A stretch of 64,000 nucleotides of DNA, from contig WJMO01000005.1 of NCBI GenBank assembly GCA_014727915.1, forward strand, positions 384,001-448,000. Direction: 5' to 3'. The translations under genes were made by a program, and so were the position numbers. This DNA is from Candidatus Altiarchaeales archaeon. Lineage in GTDB: Archaea; Altiarchaeota; Altiarchaeia; IMC4; SCGC-AAA252-I15. The notes under the pieces were generated by a model that was not told where the DNA came from, ran no database searches, and saw only the letters and a program-made list of their open reading frames with translations. The first letter of the stretch is position 1. Each line of letters opens with the position of its first letter. Positions 56,377 to 64,000 of the stretch are shown here, piece by piece.

Positions 56377-57309
56377 ATGGCTGAAGGATACGGTTACGGG
56401 AAGACCATACTGTTCGGGGAGCATTTTGTCGTCTACGGGTTGCCAGCGATCGCGTCCGCGTTGGGCAACAAGACCACTGCGGTCGTGGAAGACGCGGGCA
56501 AGTACGAGCTCGTGGACGACCGGCCTGCAACGCCCCAGTACAAGAAGGAGAAATACGAAGAGCAGGTCGAATCCAACAAGCTCATATTCGACGCCTGCAA
56601 AGTGGACGTCGAGAAGACACCCCTGAAGATAACGTTGGCTGGTGACCTATACGCGGCCTCGGGTGTCGGCGCGTCCGCCGCGTCCGCTGCAGCCATCGCA
56701 AGGGCGTTGAACGACCACTTCCAACTCGGCTACGACGACAAGCGCATCAACGAAGTAGCCTACGAGGGGGAGAAAGGCTACCACGGGAAGCCCTCGGGTA
56801 TCGACAACACTGCAGCAGTCTACGGGGGTCTCATATGGTTCGTGAAGAACCTCGAAGGCGGTGCGAACACCATGGAACGGTTGAAGATGCCCGAGCCCAC
56901 GGAGATAGTTTTGGGCAACACCGGGCTGACCTCCAGCACCAAGGAGGTCGTCGGCGACGTGCGCGCCAACAGGGAAGCCGAACCTGAAAAGTATAAGAAG
57001 ATATTCGATGAATACAGTGAGATCGTGAAGTCAGCACGTGAAGCGCTCACCTCAGGAGGCCTGAAGGCGGTGGGCGAGCTGATGAACCGGAACCACAACC
57101 TCCTACAGGAGATAACCGTCTCCTGCAAGGAACTGGACTTCCTAGTCGAGCTCGCTCTGGACAACGGAGCCTACGGGGCCAAGCTGACAGGCACCGGCCG
57201 AGGAGGCCTCATGCAGGCATTGACGCCCGGGAAGGAACTCCAGGACAAGGTCGCAGCCGCCATGGAAAAAGAGGGTTTCACCACGTTCAAGACCCGGATA
57301 GGCGTCTGA
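56377..57309 (+). CDS. mvk: Mevalonate kinase
   Basis: GKTILFGEHFVVYG, GVGASAA, HGKPSGIDN, GAKLTGTGRGG. Confidence 0.92.
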   Translation: MAEGYGYGKTILFGEHFVVYGLPAIASALGNKTTAVVEDAGKYELVDDRPATPQYKKEKYEEQVESNKLIFDACKVDVEKTPLKITLAGDLYAASGVGASAASAAAIARALNDHFQLGYDDKRINEVAYEGEKGYHGKPSGIDNTAAVYGGLIWFVKNLEGGANTMERLKMPEPTEIVLGNTGLTSSTKEVVGDVRANREAEPEKYKKIFDEYSEIVKSAREALTSGGLKAVGELMNRNHNLLQEITVSCKELDFLVELALDNGAYGAKLTGTGRGGLMQALTPGKELQDKVAAAMEKEGFTTFKTRIGV

Positions 57310-57317
57310 AATCCCGC

Positions 57318-57734
57318 CTATCCTACCAGGTCCATCCACAGTGCTATCAATAGCGCGACCCCGGAAAGGGCGAATATTATCAGGAAGTTGGCCTGCTCCT
57401 TCCAGTTGTCCTGGCTGCACACGATCTCCGCCAGCAGCATGTACTCGCTTTCGCTGAGGTCAGAGCCGGAGACGAGCTTCTCCTTCAACCCCTCAGACCT
57501 TATAATCTTCGACCTCCTCCGCGACTCCCTGTACTTGAATATGAAGAATATGAAGAAACCCGCAACCCCCACATACCATGACAGTCTCGCGTACATGGGA
57601 TTAACACTGTCCAAAGGGCCTATTACCCTCAAAGCGACCGTTGCAATAACGCCGATGAGGAAGAATATCCAAGAACTCTTTGAGTCCCTGCACACCCCCC
57701 TCATACTGCATGTGCGACATTCAGATCCAGCCAT
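57318..57734 (-). CDS. Membrane protein with N-terminal CxxC-x5-C
   Basis: CRTCSMRGVC followed by three TM segments. Confidence 0.6.
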   Translation of the reverse strand: MAGSECRTCSMRGVCRDSKSSWIFFLIGVIATVALRVIGPLDSVNPMYARLSWYVGVAGFFIFFIFKYRESRRRSKIIRSEGLKEKLVSGSDLSESEYMLLAEIVCSQDNWKEQANFLIIFALSGVALLIALWMDLVG

Positions 57735-57769
57735 TATGAGATTAATAAACAACACCCAGTTAAAAAAGT

Positions 57770-58051
57770 TTACCTATTCTTTCTCTTCTCTTCCATAGTA
57801 AGCAGGTCGAGCTTGGCCCTGTCGGTCGTCAATTCGTCCTGGAGCTTGACTATGATGTCCTTCATCTTCCGGTTCTGGGCCAGCAGCTTCCGGATCTTCA
57901 TGGACTTCTGGTCGTCGTACCTGCGTCCGTACTCGTCTATGGCCGCTTCCTCAAGCTCCTTCTCCCGCTTCGCAAGCTCCTTGGCAAGCCGGGCGTTCTC
58001 AAGCTTCAGCTGCTTGTTCTCCTCAAGCACTTCCCCCAGATCCCATGACAC
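57770..58051 (-). CDS. Small coiled-coil protein
   Basis: Heptad-rich E/K/L sequence. Confidence 0.6.
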   Translation of the reverse strand: MSWDLGEVLEENKQLKLENARLAKELAKREKELEEAAIDEYGRRYDDQKSMKIRKLLAQNRKMKDIIVKLQDELTTDRAKLDLLTMEEKRKNR

Positions 58052-58119
58052 CGTAGGACACCATTAACTCTACTTGCCGGCAGGCTATAAAAACCATCCA
58101 GTAACCTCATGGAAATGAT

Positions 58120-58503
58120 TCAATCCACTGTCACGGTGTCGCCGTCGACTTTCACAGTGTCCCCGGTCTTTATCCTGCTGATGTCCACCTGGTCGACGGC
58201 GGGTATGTCGCTGATTATGCAACCCACGGCGACGATGGTCTCGCACTCGCTGTTTATCATCGCCTTCGGGCCGGTTCCCAGCTTCGCCAGCTGGTAGATG
58301 GTGTAGGGGCCTACGGTGCTTCCCTTCCCGAATGGGAATACAAGGATCTTATCCTTTACGGAGACGCCGTCGAGTGCGTTGTCCTTGTCCGCTATCTTCC
58401 CTGTCTCAGGGTCAACGCCCCCGTAGAATGATATGGGGTCCTTCGAGACCAAAGCTTCACCCTCCACGGTTCCCCTGTTGATTATCCTTCCCTTCATCTC
58501 CAT
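58120..58503 (-). CDS. Phosphomevalonate dehydratase small subunit (AcnX swivel, DUF126)
   Basis: ISFYGGVDPETG, GKGSTVG, AVGCIISDIP. Confidence 0.9.
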   Translation of the reverse strand: MEMKGRIINRGTVEGEALVSKDPISFYGGVDPETGKIADKDNALDGVSVKDKILVFPFGKGSTVGPYTIYQLAKLGTGPKAMINSECETIVAVGCIISDIPAVDQVDISRIKTGDTVKVDGDTVTVD

Positions 58504-59693
58504 TTTCCAGTCACCGCCGCGTCAAGGCACTGCTCGAAGCTGCCGGTCTTCACCAGCATCTTGTTCTTGCCCCGGCAGTAGAAGCATGCCTTAGCGCTTG
58601 TAGTCGCAACGTTCTTGAACCTGCCCTTCAACGGGGCCACCACCATGCACGTGTCGCATGCGAACTTCCCCCCCGCCTTCTCTATAACTTCCGTGTAGCC
58701 GCGGGTGTCCGACAGCTGCTTCGTGGGCCTCGCAGTGGCAATCCACAATTCAACACCGTCCTTCACCTTCTTTCCCTCCAGGAAGTCCGCTATCTCGCCT
58801 ATCTCTGCTATGGAGCAGTGGGGGCATCCGAGGGACACGAACTCTATGTCCCCGGTGTCGTCGTTCAGCGAATCATATGACTCCTTCAGGTCCTTCGCAG
58901 TCACCGTGATGCTCTCACCCGGCGCCTTGTGCTTCTCGGCCTCCGGGGTCATGTCCTCGATGTGGTATATGGGTTTGCTTCCGTAGGTGACCACCGAGGC
59001 GCCGAAGCTCTTAAGCTGGTCAAGCGAAGCAGACTTCAAACCCCTGATGTAGGGTATCTTCCCCTTGGCGTTGTTGCCTATGAAGTACCCTAGGGCTCCG
59101 AAGTCCGGCAGCGACTTCACATCGGCTTCCACTTCGAAGGTTATGTCAGGCTCCCTGTTCTCCTCCAGGTGCAGCCCGTAGGCGGGTGTCTTACCGATCA
59201 TCGCCGCAGCTATGGCGGACGGCCCGCCCTCCCGGTTGGTGCGGGCGCCGACAACCGAGTTGATGAAAGTGACAGCTGATGATTCGCTCCAGGCGATGTG
59301 CTCCCCATAGTGTGGGAGGTTCCCTATCAGATATGGGGTGCAGCTGCAGCATGTTATGACTCCCATCCTCTCAAAGGCTTCGATGACCTTCTCCTGCTTC
59401 TCGGCGAAATCCGGGGATATGCCCAGGTTCTTCCAGTTCTCCAGGTCCATCCCGGCAGGGTTCAACGTGGTCGTGACCTTCACCTGCCCGTCCTCCGCCA
59501 GCTCCGCCAGGTATTCGAGGCCGGGATCTCCCAGGTTGTGGTAGGATACTCCCGCGATCTGCACGGACCTTATGGGTATGAGGTTCTCCGCCCCGTATAT
59601 CTCCCCCAAGGCGACGAGTATCTTCATGCTCTTCGCAGCGGCGTTTCCCGCCCCTCCCGCGAGGATATTCTCCTCCTCCTTCGTCAGATGCAT
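58494..59693 (-). CDS. Phosphomevalonate dehydratase large subunit (AcnX, DUF521)
   Basis: GVSY, TTLNP, CSCTPY, WSESSA, ARTNREGG, GCPH, DTCMVV, TSAK. Confidence 0.9.
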   Translation of the reverse strand: MHLTKEEENILAGGAGNAAAKSMKILVALGEIYGAENLIPIRSVQIAGVSYHNLGDPGLEYLAELAEDGQVKVTTTLNPAGMDLENWKNLGISPDFAEKQEKVIEAFERMGVITCCSCTPYLIGNLPHYGEHIAWSESSAVTFINSVVGARTNREGGPSAIAAAMIGKTPAYGLHLEENREPDITFEVEADVKSLPDFGALGYFIGNNAKGKIPYIRGLKSASLDQLKSFGASVVTYGSKPIYHIEDMTPEAEKHKAPGESITVTAKDLKESYDSLNDDTGDIEFVSLGCPHCSIAEIGEIADFLEGKKVKDGVELWIATARPTKQLSDTRGYTEVIEKAGGKFACDTCMVVAPLKGRFKNVATTSAKACFYCRGKNKMLVKTGSFEQCLDAAVTGKWR

Positions 59694-59749
59694 TACACTA
59701 CACCCTGGTATCCGATGAGGTTATGTATTTGAAAACTCTTTAAAAACGT

Positions 59750-61033
59750 TCACTCGCCCAGGTTGGCCTTCAGGAACGCATCCCTGTCCTTGTCCCAGGG
59801 TATCGTCGCGTCCAACGCCACCTTCGCGGTCATAAGCCTGTCTGAGCCTTCTATCTTGCATGCGCTGGCGTCCAGGCTGGAGCCCTTGTCCTGCCAGACC
59901 TTGGCGTCCTTGTCCATCTGGCACCTTGTCGCAATAGCCCACTCCAGGTCGTTGAGGTCGTATATGTCTATGTCGTCGTCGACGACGATGCAGTGCTTCA
60001 GGCTTCCATGGCCTTTGAACGCCGCCTCCCCTGCCTTGATGCCGTCGTCGTCGTTCTTCTTCTCTATCTGCACTATGGCGTGCAGCCAGCTGCACCCGCC
60101 CGGCGACAGCATTACGTTCTTGCAATTCGCCACCTCGTTGACGGCCCTGTAGATGGTGGGTTCCTTGGGCATGCCCATCAGCAGCCGGTGCTCGTTGTAT
60201 GCGGGCAGTAGGCCCTGGTATATGGGGTCCTTCCTGTGGGTGATGCACTTCACCGTGAACACGGGCTCGTCCCGTACCTTGTCGAAGGTCCCGCTGATGT
60301 CCGGGAACGGACCCTCCTCGTGGGTTTCCGAAGCGGTGATGGTGCCCTCCAATACGAGTTCCGCATCCGCTGGTACCTCAACGTCTATGGTCTTGCACTT
60401 CACCAGCTCCACCGGTTTCATGGAGTTGGCTATCGCCAGCTCGTTGACGTCCGGTTTAGTCGATATCGAAGCTGCCAGCGAGACGGTCGGGTGAAGGCCG
60501 AGGCATATGGCGACCTCCAATGGGTCGTTCTTCTGCATGTACTTGTAGAGGTCACGGTGGCATATGCGCGCCACCAGCTTGTCCTTGGCGACGGGGCTGG
60601 CCCGGTGGTAGTCCGCGTTCAACCCCCATTCCTCGTCGTTGGCTATCCACACGCCCGCGCTTATGTAGGGTCCCAGGTCGTTGCTAGCATGTGTTAGTAT
60701 GGGTATTCTGGAAAGGTCGGCTTCCTTCTCCACCACCTCCTGGCAGACTCCCTTCTCAACCCTCTTGGGCTCGGTCGGCTTGTCGATGACCTCTGAGATC
60801 TTGAAGAGGAGCTCGTCCCTTTCGATGCCCATCGCCCTGGCGAAGTTGTCCCGTGACGCGCACACGCCGGCGACCACCCTGTACTCCGACCCCTTCACTT
60901 TCTCGAAGAGTATCGTGTCCTTGGGATGCTGTTTGATTATCTTCGCCGCCTCAAGCTTTGGGTCAACCTCGTCCGTTACGTGTATGACCTTCTCTTCCCT
61001 CTCAAGTTCCCCTATGAAATCGCGCAAACTCAT
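59750..61033 (-). CDS. UbiD-family decarboxylase (anhydromevalonate phosphate decarboxylase candidate)
   Basis: YHR, EGPFPD, EH, VVDDDID, WAIATR, DAT; co-oriented with the AcnX genes. Confidence 0.88.
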   Translation of the reverse strand: MSLRDFIGELEREEKVIHVTDEVDPKLEAAKIIKQHPKDTILFEKVKGSEYRVVAGVCASRDNFARAMGIERDELLFKISEVIDKPTEPKRVEKGVCQEVVEKEADLSRIPILTHASNDLGPYISAGVWIANDEEWGLNADYHRASPVAKDKLVARICHRDLYKYMQKNDPLEVAICLGLHPTVSLAASISTKPDVNELAIANSMKPVELVKCKTIDVEVPADAELVLEGTITASETHEEGPFPDISGTFDKVRDEPVFTVKCITHRKDPIYQGLLPAYNEHRLLMGMPKEPTIYRAVNEVANCKNVMLSPGGCSWLHAIVQIEKKNDDDGIKAGEAAFKGHGSLKHCIVVDDDIDIYDLNDLEWAIATRCQMDKDAKVWQDKGSSLDASACKIEGSDRLMTAKVALDATIPWDKDRDAFLKANLGE

Positions 61034-61188
61034 GTTAATCCACCCTATGTAATTTCCGTGAAAGAGTATATGCAGGTGACTATAAAAAAATCAGCGGTTC
61101 ATGGCTTGGGATCGGACCTGAGGACGAACTCTGCCTTTATCCCCGCGTAATCGCCTTTTGGACACTGGCCTGGCTGGCGTGGTTGGGA

Positions 61189-61746
61189 TTACCCCTGTGC
61201 TTTACCCTTCTTAGGCGCAGTGAACACGATCTTGTATCTTGGATGCTCTGTCGGAGCCTGCTCTACGTCCGTGAAGTGGTCCAATAGTATGAGGCCCTGT
61301 CCTATGCCCCCGATCTTGCCTTCCGATTCGCTCCGTTCGCGTCGGCTCTCCGCTTCCTCCTCCAATGAAGGCCCGCTCAACGGCATCAGCTCCTGCTGTC
61401 TTGCGGCAAGCGATGCTTGGAAGTCGAATCTGACGTCCTGCTCCCACTCGACCTCCGTGCGGGCGCTGTCCTGTGCCACCGTGGTTTTCACCCTGGCCTG
61501 GCAGGGTCTGCAGTGGTTCGCGACGTTAGCCATGAAATCGTCGTATACGAGGAAGATCCCCCAGGTGCTGTCGCCGGTAAGGCCCTTGGTCTTCATCTCC
61601 GCCTCCACCTCCTTCCAGGCCGGCTTCAAAGGTGCCAGCGACCTTTCCCTGCTGCTCTTGTCGGACGGGTCCAGGTCCAGGACGACTTCCCTCGACCACT
61701 CGTCCTCCTTTTGCGGCCCGACTCGTGTGTTTGGCGGCTTGAGCAT
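61189..61746 (-). CDS. Orphan with HATPase_c/RsbW-like motifs
   Basis: DDFMANVANH (N-box-like) and GGIGQGLILLDHFTD (G2-box-like). Confidence 0.45.
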   Translation of the reverse strand: MLKPPNTRVGPQKEDEWSREVVLDLDPSDKSSRERSLAPLKPAWKEVEAEMKTKGLTGDSTWGIFLVYDDFMANVANHCRPCQARVKTTVAQDSARTEVEWEQDVRFDFQASLAARQQELMPLSGPSLEEEAESRRERSESEGKIGGIGQGLILLDHFTDVEQAPTEHPRYKIVFTAPKKGKAQG

Positions 61747-61837
61747 TTTTGTTTAATATACTCGGATCCTTGAGTTATTAAGCATAAAATAAAATATATT
61801 GTCAATTATTTGTATTTTTTCCAAAATAATTAAAAAA

Positions 61838-62236
61838 ATGGTAAAAATAGTCTTGGATACCAATCTGCTCGTCGCCGGCAGGTGGAACAAGAGGAGCAGC
61901 TCATCGAAGATACTGGAACTCTGCTTAAAGGGCACTCTGACCCCTGTTTACACGTCTGAGATAAAAAAGGAGAACCTCTACATCCTCGGGAAGGTGAAGC
62001 CCCCCAAGGAATACATGGACATGATAGGCAAATTCTACAAGAAAGGGAAGAGAGTGAAGTCCCCCAAGAATCGCATAACCGCTTCGGTGGACAAGAGCGA
62101 CAACCGTTTCCTGGAAGCCGCCGTGTCCGGGAGGGCAGATTATGTCATATCCAACGACCATCACCTCCTGGACCTCAAAGAATACGATGGCATACGAATA
62201 CTGCGCCCAGCCGCGTTCATGAGGATGTTCCCATGA
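61838..62236 (+). CDS. PIN-domain protein (putative TA toxin, TIGR00305-like)
   Basis: VLDTNLLVAG, DKSDNRFLEAA, ADYVISNDHHLL. Confidence 0.88.
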   Translation: MVKIVLDTNLLVAGRWNKRSSSSKILELCLKGTLTPVYTSEIKKENLYILGKVKPPKEYMDMIGKFYKKGKRVKSPKNRITASVDKSDNRFLEAAVSGRADYVISNDHHLLDLKEYDGIRILRPAAFMRMFP

Positions 62237-62598
62237 GACATGCGATACTCATGGCCCTGATGCTGGTGTTAGGATGCATTGGGGGCGAGGAATGCGAGGA
62301 AACCGGGTGCCCGGTCGACCTGCCCGATAAGCCATCTCCCATATTAGAGTGCAGAAGCCTCTGCAGGGACAGCGGATACGACAATGTGACAGTCGTGGGA
62401 GACGCCGGCTGCACCCATCTAAAGGGGGAAATCAGGGACTGCACCTTGGAATGCTCCTACAGGAAGATCCTCGAATCCTCTGAGGAGGGTATGATCTGCT
62501 GTTGCAGGACAGTGAAGTACGTTGAAGGCGTAGGCTGTGATGGAACAGACAACAGCAGCTACTCTAGAATATGCGGTGAAAACAAACCTGGGGGATAG
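62233..62598 (+). CDS. Small Cys-rich lipoprotein
   Basis: VLGCIG lipobox-like motif; many Cys. Confidence 0.65.
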   Translation: MRHAILMALMLVLGCIGGEECEETGCPVDLPDKPSPILECRSLCRDSGYDNVTVVGDAGCTHLKGEIRDCTLECSYRKILESSEEGMICCCRTVKYVEGVGCDGTDNSSYSRICGENKPGG

Positions 62599-62608
62599 GC
62601 TTATCCTG

Positions 62609-62872
62609 TCAGTTGCTGACCAGGCCTATCCTCTCCAAGGAACTGATTATCTCCACAACATTCGCGTCCTTCTTCCCGTTCACCAAGCCCAGCTTGTCCT
62701 CGAACTTGTTCTGAATCTCTTCCATGCTGTTAGCCCCATTGCAGAGCTTCCAGACGATGAAGACCTTGGGGTCGACAATGTACGTTTTCTCATTGTCGTT
62801 CTTCAAAACAGGCTTAAGTCCGCACGAGTACGTTGTGGAACCCTTTGCTTGCGGATACATCACATTTACCAC
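62609..62872 (-). CDS. PqqD/RRE-like small protein
   Basis: FIVWKLCNGANSMEEI...VVEIISSLERIGLV matches the PqqD-type pattern (IW..xdG..t..eI...v..fl..L...gli). Confidence 0.6.
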   Translation of the reverse strand: MVNVMYPQAKGSTTYSCGLKPVLKNDNEKTYIVDPKVFIVWKLCNGANSMEEIQNKFEDKLGLVNGKKDANVVEIISSLERIGLVSN

Positions 62873-63066
62873 CCCACATTAGGTTAAGGAGTTAGCGCCA
62901 ACCTCACCAGGCTACCTCCCTCAGAATAGATTAGATATGGAAGTATATAAACCACCTGAAAGCGGTTAAAACATGCTTCATACTCCATTCTAAGAGCGGA
63001 TTATGGTGTCATACACCCTATTACCGTATGGTCTGCCATTTATTTGTCTGAACTAAATATTTGGCT

Positions 63067-64000
63067 ATGCCCAAACCCAGATCCGGGATCATGGAGTGCC
63101 GGTTGGCACGCCTTTTCATCATATCACTGGCTGCATCTCTGCTGCTTGACATGTCATTCTTCCTTGTTCACGGGTCTCACGCAGTAAACCATGCCGAGCT
63201 TTGGACTTATGTAGGCGTTGCCGAGGGCAATCTAACCACTGCAGTCGGTAGCTCGGACCCGACGGTATGGCTGCTGCGGGCTGTTGGATTCCTCCTCGAC
63301 GGCGATGCCCTTTTCTACTCGATGGTTGTGCTATCCGCCGCATTAACGTCTTTGACTGCCGTGCTGGTGTGCCTTCTCGTCTCAAGGCTGGCGGACGACC
63401 GGGCCGGGGCCTACGCAGGCTACATCTACGCGTTCATGGTGCAGCCCCTCTCCCTGACAGCCGTCGGGTTCACACACGACCACATACTGACTCCCCTATC
63501 CCTCGCGGCATTGGTTCTAGCGGTCGAAGCCGTTAAAAACGCCGAAAGAAGGAGGAAGATGGCTTTTACAGCCTCTGCGGTGGTGTTGTTCTATCTTGGT
63601 TCAAGGGTCAACATCGGAGCATATGTCGCGGTAGCGGTAGCGGTAGTATACGCCCTATCTCAGGCGGTTGTGAAGAGGAAGGATATCATACCGCTCTACG
63701 CCATCGCATTGTTAACCTCGATCTATCTGTTCGGCACCTGCGTGGTGCCTGGCTTCATGGACTACGAGCTTGGGCGGCTTCCACAGGGCCGCCTCGGCAG
63801 CGCGGACATCAACCCGGTCACCGTAGGCAACCTGGCACTCCGATACAACCTGCTCCTGCTGGTCCTGCCTTTCGGCGCATACGCAGCCTATAGGAGGCGG
63901 GAGTTTGTCAGCCTGACATACGTGCTATTCGGCTTCATGCTTGCCATGTCCATGGACCGGGGAACTCGCGTCGTCGACTTGGGCATGGCGATGGTCACCG
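63067..64000 (+). CDS. GT-C/STT3(AglB)-like polytopic membrane protein, partial
   Basis: Read manually: MPKPRSGIMECRLARLFII... stays open to the window end; many TM segments; GFTHDH and SADINP resemble STT3 DxD and TIxE loops. Confidence 0.55.
   Translation, partial: MPKPRSGIMECRLARLFIISLAASLLLDMSFFLVHGSHAVNHAELWTYVGVAEGNLTTAVGSSDPTVWLLRAVGFLLDGDALFYSMVVLSAALTSLTAVLVCLLVSRLADDRAGAYAGYIYAFMVQPLSLTAVGFTHDHILTPLSLAALVLAVEAVKNAERRRKMAFTASAVVLFYLGSRVNIGAYVAVAVAVVYALSQAVVKRKDIIPLYAIALLTSIYLFGTCVVPGFMDYELGRLPQGRLGSADINPVTVGNLALRYNLLLLVLPFGAYAAYRRREFVSLTYVLFGFMLAMSMDRGTRVVDLGMAMVT

Overview
Archaeal chromosomal window of moderate GC with short AT-rich intergenic promoters. Archaeal markers include ribosomal P1/L12, archaellins, SepCysS, a PAC2 chaperone, type-2 IDI and an intron-containing tRNA. 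The many Thr/Cys-rich 'GCL' lipoproteins suggest an Altiarchaeota/DPANN-like lineage (inference only). From left to right: (1) a split glutamate synthase operon (gltB1-gltB2-gltB3) headed by an HdrB-HdrC fusion, with a divergent Lrp regulator and a CxxC-less TrxR/FNR; (2) a Ca-type P-ATPase, an arylsulfotransferase-like protein, an MFS transporter and orphans; (3) intron-containing tRNA-Cys followed by an unannotated pscN-like ORF, SepCysS, a THUMP-less ThiI, thiM, thiE, guaA and thiL; (4) adk, dapL, a stand-alone rpl12, a candidate two-hairpin H/ACA guide RNA, thiC and tRNA-Arg(GCG); (5) two archaellins and a block of Thr/Cys-rich surface proteins, a LigD phosphoesterase and nth; (6) a Pat acetyltransferase-HDAC-isochorismatase operon; (7) an isoprenoid cluster (fni, GGPP synthase, mevalonate kinase, AcnX large/small subunits, UbiD) that also encodes a Thermoplasma-like mevalonate-3-kinase homologue. 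The best candidates for undescribed biology are this hybrid mevalonate locus and the HdrBC-coupled glutamate synthase. No CRISPR array, transposase or integrase was seen. All family calls come from motif recognition, not database searches.
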